In this document: piece by piece, positions 1 through 6,574 of the stretch
Numbering within the stretch: the first letter of the stretch is position 1
Layout: each line of letters begins with the position of its first letter
NCBI GenBank assembly: GCA_963718895.1
Contig: CAVRAG010000011.1
Coordinates: forward strand, 1-15,143
Source: an uncultured Nitrososphaerota archaeon
Lineage (GTDB): Archaea; Thermoproteota; Nitrososphaeria; Nitrososphaerales; Gagatemarchaeaceae
Direction: 5' to 3'
Length of the DNA: 15,143 nucleotides
The notes under the pieces: model-generated
Database searches by the model: none
What the model saw: the letters and a program-made list of their open reading frames with translations, nothing else
Told to the model about the DNA's origin: nothing
Made by a program: the position numbers and the translations under genes

Positions 1-246
1 TAACCGGCTGCGAAGAGTGCCGCCCATGTCGATAGCTAATAAACGGCGGTCATCTCTGCTTCCCTCCTCAATCTCCAGCAGCCGCAGCCAGAGGCTGGCC
101 TTCACAACGAAATCTTCAGCGTCTATCCAGTCGTCTTCTGTCACGATGAGTAGCTTCAGGGGCAGTGGTAGTCGACTCCTGGCGCTGAATTCTTTCAGCC
201 CCTTGATGCAAAGCCTCTTCTGAGTTTTTGAATCGAGCACCATCAT
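1..246 (-). CDS. Small hypothetical protein, open to the left edge (MMVLDSKTQKRLCIKGLKEFSARSRLPLPLKLLIVTEDDWIDAEDFVVKASLWLRLLEIEEG...)
   Basis: Hand translation of the minus strand from ATG 246 has no stop before position 1; absent from the ORF track because it has no stop codon. Divergent from the 343..1091 gene. From memory it resembles small helical proteins of archaeal integrative elements (unverified). Confidence 0.6.
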   Translation of the reverse strand, partial: MMVLDSKTQKRLCIKGLKEFSARSRLPLPLKLLIVTEDDWIDAEDFVVKASLWLRLLEIEEGSRDDRRLLAIDMGGTLRSRL

Positions 247-280
247 AGTCCCTCATTGGCTCTTGAGAAGAGCAGGACCT

Positions 281-321
281 ATTTAAGCGCTTATGACTCG
301 CCTCGTCATAGAAGCTTATAT
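281..321. promoter_or_regulatory. Divergent promoter region with palindromes
   Basis: TTATAT at 316-321 lies ~25 nt before ATG 343/346, and TTAAAT is on the minus strand at 281-286. Perfect palindrome TAAGCGCTTA (284-293) and inverted repeat TATGAC-N7-GTCATA (292-310). Confidence 0.5.
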
Positions 322-342
322 CGTTCTCTCTTCCACAGTCCC

Positions 343-1091
343 ATGATGCCGATATCAACGCTACTCGTCGATGGGAAAGAGTACCTCTACTTCTATTACA
401 ACGACCCGATGACCAATCGGAAGAAGAGCGTCTACTGCGGCCGCAGGGAAGCCCTGAAGCCGTACAGAAGGCGGAACGGTTCCAGTCGCGATATGAGAGA
501 GCCCAGAAGCAGAAGGACAGGTTCGCCGGGGTCTTAGGCCGACTATCGGCGCTGTCGGGAGAGATTGCAGGATACAGTACAGAGGAGCGGGAGTTTATCG
601 TCACGTGCCTTACCCAGACCTATCCTGACCTTTCCTGGGTCGAGAGCGACCAGATGGCGCTCTTCGGGAAGGTGAACGGGAACAAGCCGCTGGAGAGCCG
701 CCTGGCTCCTATCTACAGCAACCTGAAGGCGAGTTTGACGCGCGTTCATGACGTCACGGGGGAGCTGAGGACGCTGATCGAGTACATCGATTCTGACTGG
801 TATTATCGCGTCCAATACAGGAAGTCCGACGAGGGGAACGAAAAGCCCGAGCGGGACCCGTCTTGGAAGTATCACCTGAACGACGATCCCGAGAGCATGG
901 TGGTCGAGATTCTACGAGGGTGGCTGGATGCTTACGATCACGCGCAGAAACGACTGGATGCACTTGAGGAATTCTCTCGGGAGAGAAAACTTCAGGCGGT
1001 CATCGAGGCGTTGGCGCTCGTCGGGGTACGAAAGGCCATGAAGTATTCAAGGAAGATTATCGAAGAAGCGCTTGGTCTTGTAACTGGATGA
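343..1091 (+). CDS. Hypothetical protein of ~249 aa with an N-terminal 'GKEYLYFYY...KKSVYCG' beta-hairpin, putative DNA-binding; one frameshift
   Basis: Adding one G to the GGG run at 446-448 joins track ORF 256..537 (from ATG 343) to an open frame (GSPEAVQKAERFQSRYERAQKQK...) that continues without a stop into ORF 654..1091. Confidence 0.65.
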
Positions 1092-1175
1092 GCAATTAGC
1101 ATGAAACCATGATTCTTCATAAAGAAATATAATTCTGTGCTAACTGGCGGTCCGAATAGACCCGTGCTATCTGCA

Positions 1176-1215
1176 ACGTTCATATATACGAACATACGTT
1201 CATCTACGTGAATGT
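1176..1215 (+). promoter_or_regulatory. Tandem palindromic operator over the TATA box and start codon of the MNT-HEPN operon
   Basis: Two 20-nt units, acGTTCatatatacGAACat and acGTTCatctacgtGAATgt, each GTTC-N8-GAA(C/T). The first spacer is the TATA-like ATATATAC (1182-1189); the second arm overlaps ATG 1212. Confidence 0.7.
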
Positions 1216-1766
1216 TGAATCAGGACTTCGCCTTCATAGACAGGTTTTCTGTGGCGATACTGAGGCTTCTAAGGGTCTGATCCAATGAAGCGCTTCTACC
1301 AGAGGGAGGTGGCAAGGACTGCTGGGTGAGCGTGGGTAAGACCAACCAGGTACTGAAGGCGCTGGAAGAGAATGAACTTGTCACGAAGGAGCACGTGGGG
1401 AAGGTGGACCTCTACAAGTACAACCTGGCCGACGCTGCGGCACGTTCCCTGAAGGTGTTCTTCAACACGTCGGAGTTGAGGGTGCTGACCAAGAGCCTCG
1501 GAACACTCGATGGAACATCAAAGGTGGTTCTGTTCGGAAGCTGCGCCGAGGGAACTGACACGAAGGATAGCGATATCGACATCATCATCTTGACCCAGGA
1601 CAAGCGAGAAGCTACGGCAGCGGTTCAGCGGGCCGGACGTTCATCAAGCAGAAAGCTTTCACCGATTATTCTTGATCCACTGGAATTCAGCAGGTTGAAG
1701 AAGGACGACCTACCACTCTATGAGCAGGTCTCAAAGGGGATGACGCTTTGGCAGCGAGAGGAGTGA
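1212..1766 (+). CDS. wHTH-fused minimal nucleotidyltransferase (MntA-type antitoxin); two compensating indels in the 5' part
   Basis: GS-X10-DXD motif (FGSCAEGTDTKDSDID). The N-terminal HTH 'ILRLL(G)SDPMKRFYQREVARTAGVSVGKTNQVLKALEE' is restored by removing 1 nt near 1271-1275 and adding one G at 1324-1326. The ORF track shows only 1326..1766. Confidence 0.85.
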
Positions 1767-2227
1767 GCGCGGCACTCAAACGCCTTCTGGAACAGAGGAG
1801 ACTCCTGAAGGCAAGCTTGGGCGAGGAAGCAATCACGAAGGAGCTGGATGGGGCGACATACGACCTCCAACGTTCCAAGACCTCCCTCTCGGAGTCGGAT
1901 TACAAGTGGGCCACCATCAAGGGTTACTACTCCATGTTTCATGCGGCGAGGGCTCTTCTCTATTCGGCCGGCTACCGCGAACGAAGCCACGCCGCGTTGC
2001 TCACTGCGCTGAGGGAGTTGTACGTGAAACCGGGAACGCTGGCAGAGGACTTCTTGGATGATTTTGAGAACGCCATGAGCCTGAGAGAAGAAGCAGACTA
2101 TGCGATGAACTTCTCCGAAGACGGGTCAAGGAGGGTCGTGGGTGACGCTGGACGCTTCTTGCAAGCTGCGAAAGAATCGCTGAAATCGATGAGACAAACC
2201 AGAGACTCAGAAAGCCGAGCGGGATGA
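1763..2227 (+). CDS. HEPN domain protein (UPF0332/COG1895-like, R-X4-Y type)
   Basis: Motifs YYSMFHAARALL, SHAALL and REEADY. GTG 1763 overlaps the MNT stop (GTGA), suggesting translational coupling. Confidence 0.88.
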   Translation: MSAALKRLLEQRRLLKASLGEEAITKELDGATYDLQRSKTSLSESDYKWATIKGYYSMFHAARALLYSAGYRERSHAALLTALRELYVKPGTLAEDFLDDFENAMSLREEADYAMNFSEDGSRRVVGDAGRFLQAAKESLKSMRQTRDSESRAG

Positions 2228-2251
2228 CCGGAACCAATCGAGAAGGACGAA

Positions 2252-2347
2252 GGTCTGAGCTTCTCTGAGGATGGAGCTAAGGAGACGGTACAGGGTGCCC
2301 GCACATTCCTGACGAGAGCGAAGGTCGTTCTAAAGCTGGAAACCTGA
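2252..2347 (+). pseudogene. Orphan C-terminal helix of a second, paralogous HEPN gene
   Basis: GLSFSEDGAKETVQGARTFLTRAKVVLKLET* aligns without gaps to the HEPN end AMNFSEDGSRRVVGDAGRFLQAAKESLKSM. It is in the same frame, after the TGA at 2225-2227. Confidence 0.8.
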
Positions 2348-2402
2348 TCTCTTGCCGCTCTCGCCCTAAGGATATTACGGATCCTGTTAGCTATCGTTCC
2401 CT

Positions 2403-2600
2403 ATGAGCGTGAACGGGACATATCAGTTTGGGATTACCAACTCCTGGGGAGTGAGTAGCGTATCCCAGACCTACGACAACGTCGCCCACATTCCTCCGCC
2501 GCCGGACGAGGAGTACTTCCTGATGACCTTCTTTGGCTTGCTCGTGGTCGGGGTCTACTTCTTGGCGAAGATTTCGAGAAGGAAAAGACAATTGCATTAG
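2403..2600 (+). pseudogene. Probable 3' fragment of a C-terminally anchored surface protein
   Basis: Beta-strand-like segment (NGTYQFGITNSWG), Pro-rich linker, one TM helix and a basic tail. One extra T near 2397 extends it upstream (PKDITDPVSYRFP), but no signal peptide or 5' part is present. Confidence 0.45.
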
Positions 2601-2727
2601 GAATCAGAAAGGCTCACGGCTGTGTCTGACCAGAGGAATAGGTGGGGATGGCGCAAGTTGCAAATCCTTAGACCGAATGGATCGTTCGGATGGTTCTGAT
2701 AACCCTTCGGACTATTGAAATATCCGG

Positions 2728-3255
2728 ATGACTGACGGGCCATGCCCGCAATTGAAACTATGGATGATTGGGCTTGCCTGTGCGATTGGGCTAGCCCTTG
2801 GATTATATTTCCTAGGCGCCGGGATCTTCGACCTCTGTCATAGCATCGGGCCCATCCGGCCCAGCGCGTGTGCCTCTGGTCCTCTTTCGACGGAACAGGA
2901 TTCCTCCTTCGTAGTGATAGGAATCTCGCTCGCACTGGTCTCCCTGATAGTCCTGGTCTCAGTTGCCATAAGAGTGAGTCTCAGGGCGAGCGTCTGGGTG
3001 GTCTGGTTCGTCAGGTCAGTCTTCGTAATCGGAACATCCTTGGGAATCCTGATTTTCTTCGGCTCCTTCTCTGGTATTTGCGACCCATTTGGACCCTTTG
3101 GAACGACCGGAACGCTCTGCACCTCCTTCGACCCGTATGAAGCAATCGGGCCTTTACTCGCACTAATCTCTCTGGTCGGTTTAATCTATTCATTGAAGAC
3201 AACGAACCAACGAAGAGACGGAACAAAACTAAACAGTTCGGCCAAAAGCATTTAG
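2728..3255 (+). CDS. 4-TM membrane protein with two Cys-loop hairpins (C-x10-C, C-x12-C)
   Basis: Four hydrophobic segments. Loops CHSIGPIRPSAC and CDPFGPFGTTGTLC each lie between a TM pair. Confidence 0.75.
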   Translation: MTDGPCPQLKLWMIGLACAIGLALGLYFLGAGIFDLCHSIGPIRPSACASGPLSTEQDSSFVVIGISLALVSLIVLVSVAIRVSLRASVWVVWFVRSVFVIGTSLGILIFFGSFSGICDPFGPFGTTGTLCTSFDPYEAIGPLLALISLVGLIYSLKTTNQRRDGTKLNSSAKSI

Positions 3256-3291
3256 GATGAGAAGATTCGCATTGTTACGAAGGTCGAAACG

Positions 3292-3723
3292 ATGAACTTC
3301 TCGCGGCTCAGCCTGATACTCGTCGCGTTCGGAGCAGTCTCGTTCGTCCTGTGGGAGGAAGACGTCGCCATTCCGCTGAAACTGGCTCTGGTCTATTTCG
3401 GAGGGCTGGGAGTCTTTGGAGGCGGCCTCTTTGCCGTCATTGGCGCTCTTCAGAGGCGGAGGACTCCGAACGCGCGCTCCAACCTCCTCGTGGATGCTGG
3501 ATGGACGACGGTGTCGTTCGGACTGATAGCATCCATCGGGTCTTACCTCGTGCTGACCCAGACCAGGTGCTTTAGCCCGTTCCTGAGGGCCGGGAATTGC
3601 AATCTGGCCGGCTATTACGCGCCCATGTACGCAGGGCTCGCTTTAGCGGCGGCCGGTCTTGGCGTCGTCGTCTTCGGGAGACTTTTCAAGACGGTAGCCT
3701 CTTTGCGAAAACTCAGGCAGTGA
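3292..3723 (+). CDS. 4-TM membrane protein with a C-x9-C loop
   Basis: Four hydrophobic segments with a basic loop after TM2. CFSPFLRAGNC lies between TM3 and TM4. Confidence 0.75.
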   Translation: MNFSRLSLILVAFGAVSFVLWEEDVAIPLKLALVYFGGLGVFGGGLFAVIGALQRRRTPNARSNLLVDAGWTTVSFGLIASIGSYLVLTQTRCFSPFLRAGNCNLAGYYAPMYAGLALAAAGLGVVVFGRLFKTVASLRKLRQ

Positions 3724-3816
3724 CTTCCTTCGGTTTGGTCGTGAACAGCCTCTTCTCCTCGTCGCTGAGGAAGTGTAGAAAGGGCTCCCGTCTCCCTGAG
3801 TCCTCAACTCCAGGCC
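3713..3816 (-). pseudogene. Orphan 3' tail of a VirB4-like ATPase gene, copy 1
   Basis: Reads GLELRTQGDGSPFY(N/H)FLSDEEKRLFTTKPKEVTA* with one base added near 3774. Hand alignment gives about 54/77 identical nt with 6414-6489. Confidence 0.65.
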
Positions 3817-3859
3817 CCCGCTATTCGTCCCTCTTGCCACCAGTTGGGTCGCAATTCTC

Positions 3860-4432
3860 TCAGGAAGGCGTGTCCTGCATCTTCTTCCTGCTCATTTCCT
3901 CCAGCGCATTCAGGAGAATGTTGCCTACCGGCGTGAGCTCGTAGAGCTTCACGTTACCATAGGCGGTCTTCTCCTGCACCAGCCCGTACTTCAATAGGAC
4001 TTGGACGTGGTAGTCTATCGTGGTCCAGTCGAGCTCAAGGTCTCTGGCGAGCTGGAACCTGTCCTTCGGCGTGAGCAGCGATTTCAGGATCGTCGTCCTC
4101 GTCTCTCCACCCTTCATCTGCAGCAGGAGCTTGAACAAGCCCTGATCCAGACCTCGTCGCGACCAATTCGACTTTGCCCTCCCCCTCCATATCCACGCGC
4201 CGACTACGGCAGCCCAGCTTATCGGTACCAGCGCAATCGAGTGCGCCTGGAGTACCACCAGAGGAAGGCTGACGGGTGACGGCGAAATCGGAGTAGCTCC
4301 CGTTGAATTCGCGTTGTTCGGCGGGCCCGCCACCGGATGACCAAGCAATTGCAAGCCCAACAGCAAGGTGTTCAAGATTGCGAAGGCGAGAACCAGGTAG
4401 AGGACGATGCTGTACTTGCTCTGTCCCATCAT
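3860..4432 (-). CDS. Membrane-anchored winged-helix (ArsR-like) transcription regulator
   Basis: Two N-terminal TM helices around a Pro/Ser/Asn-rich loop, then GGETRTTILKSL...QLARDLELDWTTIDYHVQVLLKYGLV...YGNVKLYELT. Start is ATG 4432 or 4429, or GTG 4474. Confidence 0.8.
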   Translation of the reverse strand: MMGQSKYSIVLYLVLAFAILNTLLLGLQLLGHPVAGPPNNANSTGATPISPSPVSLPLVVLQAHSIALVPISWAAVVGAWIWRGRAKSNWSRRGLDQGLFKLLLQMKGGETRTTILKSLLTPKDRFQLARDLELDWTTIDYHVQVLLKYGLVQEKTAYGNVKLYELTPVGNILLNALEEMSRKKMQDTPS

Positions 4433-4477
4433 CGGTTGGTCTCGTCTCTTTTCCCGCCTAGTGATAAGAATCACGCC

Positions 4478-4741
4478 TCACTTGGGACGATTGAATCTTC
4501 CAAGAAATATCAGGCCTGAGCCGATGACGGCCAAAGAAACACCCAACCATAGAGGAAAGGAGTTCGATCCGAGATAGAATGGCAGTTGTAGATAGTATTC
4601 ACAGCCCTGAACGGGTACAGCCCCGGTAAGGTGCTCACAATCGTATACCAGCATATAAGTCTGCAAACCAAAAACGACGACAGAGACCGCGCCTACAGCT
4701 AACAATATGATACCTGAGAATTTGAGTCGGCTCTTCGTCAT
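4478..4741 (-). CDS. 2-TM hairpin protein with a C-x11-C loop (87 aa)
   Basis: TM - CEHLTGAVPVQGC - TM with basic termini. Its ATG is 1 nt after the upstream stop codon. Confidence 0.75.
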   Translation of the reverse strand: MTKSRLKFSGIILLAVGAVSVVVFGLQTYMLVYDCEHLTGAVPVQGCEYYLQLPFYLGSNSFPLWLGVSLAVIGSGLIFLGRFNRPK

Positions 4742-4742
4742 T

Positions 4743-5087
4743 TCAAGGCCGCTCTGCGAGGTTTTGCAAAGCCTTTGGCTGGTTGCTCGTCTTCGTAGGT
4801 TCGGATGGTCGTCGCACTATGTCAAGAAAGAATACAAGTGCGAAAGCAATTCCCGCCCAGAATAGGTAGTCCAGTGAGATGAGGCTCACATCATAAGAAA
4901 ATCCGCATCCGTTGAACGGGTTAGGAGTCCTACAGGGAGAGATTGGTGCGCTGTAGGTCAAAGGAAATCCATTGGAGGAGCCTTCGGGGGTCAGAGTTGC
5001 AAACGCGCTAAGGCCGAGAAACACCAAGCCCACAAGGCAGGCGGTGATAATCAACCGGGGCCTAACATCCATGTCTATCCCAACCAA
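4743..5087 (-). CDS. 2-TM hairpin protein with a GFPL motif and C-x8-C loop
   Basis: TM - GFPLTY...CRTPNPFNGC...DYLFW - TM. Start is TTG 5087 or ATG 5072. Confidence 0.75.
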   Translation of the reverse strand: MVGIDMDVRPRLIITACLVGLVFLGLSAFATLTPEGSSNGFPLTYSAPISPCRTPNPFNGCGFSYDVSLISLDYLFWAGIAFALVFFLDIVRRPSEPTKTSNQPKALQNLAERP

Positions 5088-5110
5088 CTTGACAAGAATC
5101 CGCGTTCATG

Positions 5111-5118
5111 TTATATAA
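5111..5118. promoter_or_regulatory. Palindromic TATA box TTATATAA between divergent genes
   Basis: Self-complementary octamer, 24 nt from TTG 5087 (-) and upstream of GTG 5155 / ATG 5170 (+). Confidence 0.55.
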
Positions 5119-5154
5119 TTTGTCCAGAGTCGTCAGGAATAACCCCATTAGACG

Positions 5155-5742
5155 GTGGAACCGCCCCAAATGCAGCTGACGAAATTGAAGAAGAACGCAG
5201 GAGTTGCTACGGCCGTTGTCGCGTTGATTGCCTTGATCGTAATTGGCGGGGCTACGGCAGCCTTTGTGTTGACAATGCAACCAAGTCCAGCCTCATCCGC
5301 GACCTCTAGCTCGACAACCATTCCTTCCCTCGATAGCACTCAGTCAACTGGAAGCGTCACTTCGAGTACATCGTGCAATCAACCACCTTATCTCGTCAAG
5401 CTTGCCTCCCAGGTCGAGCAAACACAGAACTTCACCCAGCAATCGCGCGGCCTGAGCTACGTGCTGGCATATGGCGACAATCAGAGCGCCGAAACGGGAA
5501 CAGTGAACGGCAAACCAACCTACTCTCTACCCGAGACAAGTTTGGCGTTCTACTCCTACGGCACAACTTCAACTGCGGTTTGCTCCTACAATGTTGGGAC
5601 TGAGGGCGTTGTCGGAGCCCTCTGGGTCCAAGTCCCAATCAACGCCGACGGTTCCTATGACCTCGCTAACATGTCCATCTACTTCACGCCCGGAGTCTTC
5701 TCCAACAGCACGTCAATCACTCAATCGACCAGCAGCGTCTAG
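5155..5742 (+). CDS. N-terminally anchored Ser/Thr-rich surface (glyco)protein
   Basis: Basic KLKKNAG followed by a long hydrophobic helix, a Ser/Thr linker, and a domain with two Cys and N-x-S/T sequons (NFT, NQS, NMS, NST). Start may be ATG 5170. Confidence 0.8.
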   Translation: MEPPQMQLTKLKKNAGVATAVVALIALIVIGGATAAFVLTMQPSPASSATSSSTTIPSLDSTQSTGSVTSSTSCNQPPYLVKLASQVEQTQNFTQQSRGLSYVLAYGDNQSAETGTVNGKPTYSLPETSLAFYSYGTTSTAVCSYNVGTEGVVGALWVQVPINADGSYDLANMSIYFTPGVFSNSTSITQSTSSV

Positions 5743-5804
5743 TCGATAACTTCAGATTTCGAAAGAAATCGCATGAATACGTGGATTACGTAATTTTGTG
5801 GATC

Positions 5805-5861
5805 TTTCTTCGACTTACTGAACAATCTTCTCTCTTCGCGTGAAAGCCTTACTAACCAGGG
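5805..5861 (-). pseudogene. More diverged orphan VirB4-like tail, copy 3
   Basis: PWLVRLSREERRLFSKSKK versus PFY.FLSDEEKRLFTTKPK. Same strand and same relative position (convergent to a + strand cargo gene) as the other copies. Confidence 0.45.
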
Positions 5862-5884
5862 CCTCGGCAAATGCAAAGAGGAAC

Positions 5885-6294
5885 TTGAAGCCACATTCGT
5901 TGATTGCTCTCTTGATTGCTCTGGGGTATCCGTCCTCGCTGGTTTCGAGTTCATCTTTTTCGGAAATGAGATTCTGGGTCCCTTCCTGGTTCTCACCAGC
6001 GCGATTGTCACGCTGGCCGCCATTAGGCCGCATTGGAAAACGCCGTCGACCTCACTCGGGCTTGCCGTTTTTCTGGGCGGGACATTTGCATCTCTCTATC
6101 TAATCTTCGGTAGGTGCGCTCCTGAGGGCGGACTTCTTCCAAGCGGGGTGTGCTACATTTACACTTCGAACAATCTGTGGTTTGCCACCGACTCCGTCGT
6201 CGCACCCCTGTTGGGCATTGTCGTTCTTGTCGCAGGTCAGATCAAGATGAGTCGGAGACAATCCTACTCGCAAAAATTCAGTTCGCTAACTTGA
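5885..6294 (+). CDS. Hidden 4-TM membrane protein (~136 aa) with a C-x11-C loop; one frameshift
   Basis: TTG 5885 gives MKPHSLIALLIALG; adding one G at 5923-5926 continues VSVLAGFEFIFFGNEILGPFLVLTSAIVTLAAIRPHWKTPSTSLGLAVFLGGTFASLYLIFGRCAPEGGLLPSGVCYIYTSNNLWFATDSVVAPLLGIVVLVAGQIKMSRRQSYSQKFSSLT*. Not in the ORF track. Confidence 0.72.
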
Positions 6295-6418
6295 TGAAAC
6301 GGCGAATCCCAGAGTTAGCGAGGCCAGTTCCTTCAATATCCTTTGCATAATCCTTATTGGGGCGAAGGCGTCATGGAAACCTCTTTCTGAACAGGCCCCT
6401 AAGAAATCCTATCAAAAC

Positions 6419-6574
6419 TCAAGCGGTGACTCCCTTCGGCTTCGTGGTGAAAGTTTCCTCTCCGCGTCACTCGAAAAATTATAGAATGGAAGCGTCCTCT
6501 TGGGTCACTAGAATTCCCTGTCCTATCTTCGCATTTACGACGAACTTCCACTCTCCATCGCCGAGTTCGTTCAC
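6419..6574 (-). pseudogene. Orphan 3' tail of a VirB4-like ATPase gene, copy 2 (longest), abutting the integrase stop
   Basis: NELGDGEWKFVVNAKIGQGILVTQEDA/PFYNFSSDAERKL/FTTKPKGVTA* with indels near 6490 and 6450-6452. It fits the L..GE..F...A..G(E/Q)G.L...S..E..L.TT.P pattern I recall for VirB4-like ATPase C-termini. Confidence 0.7.

Noticed and set aside
116-604. Track ORF 116..604 (-), 162 aa
   Set aside because: It crosses the divergent promoter and is antisense to the reconstructed 343..1091 gene. The frame starting at ATG 246 is more protein-like.
2597-2650. Possible fourth ATPase-like tail (PHLFLWSDTAVSL, minus strand) convergent to 2403..2600
   Set aside because: Only P, L, SD and L match, with no EE..LFTT core and poor nucleotide similarity. 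Not distinguishable from chance by eye.
3597-3944. Plus-strand ORFs 3597..3944 and 6357..6587 sharing KTQAVT.FG.VV as a paralogous gene pair
   Set aside because: This is the antisense shadow of the minus-strand tails, sharing the same wobble positions. Homology ends just past the minus-strand stop codon and the rest of the ORFs is unrelated.
5089-5119. Perfect bacterial sigma70-like TTGACA-N19-TATAAT
   Set aside because: The context is archaeal, the spacer is suboptimal, and the -10 match is part of the archaeal TATA box TTATATAA. Probably coincidence.
5185-5270. Class III (pilin-type) signal peptide on the surface protein
   Set aside because: KKNAG|VAT lacks K/R immediately before the G/A cleavage residue, so only a generic N-terminal anchor is supported.
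3708-6489. Repeats read as CRISPR repeats, IS ends or att direct repeats
   Set aside because: Spacing is irregular at kb scale, identity is only ~70% with codon-patterned divergence, there is no similarity to the tRNA 3' end, and no cas or transposase genes are present.
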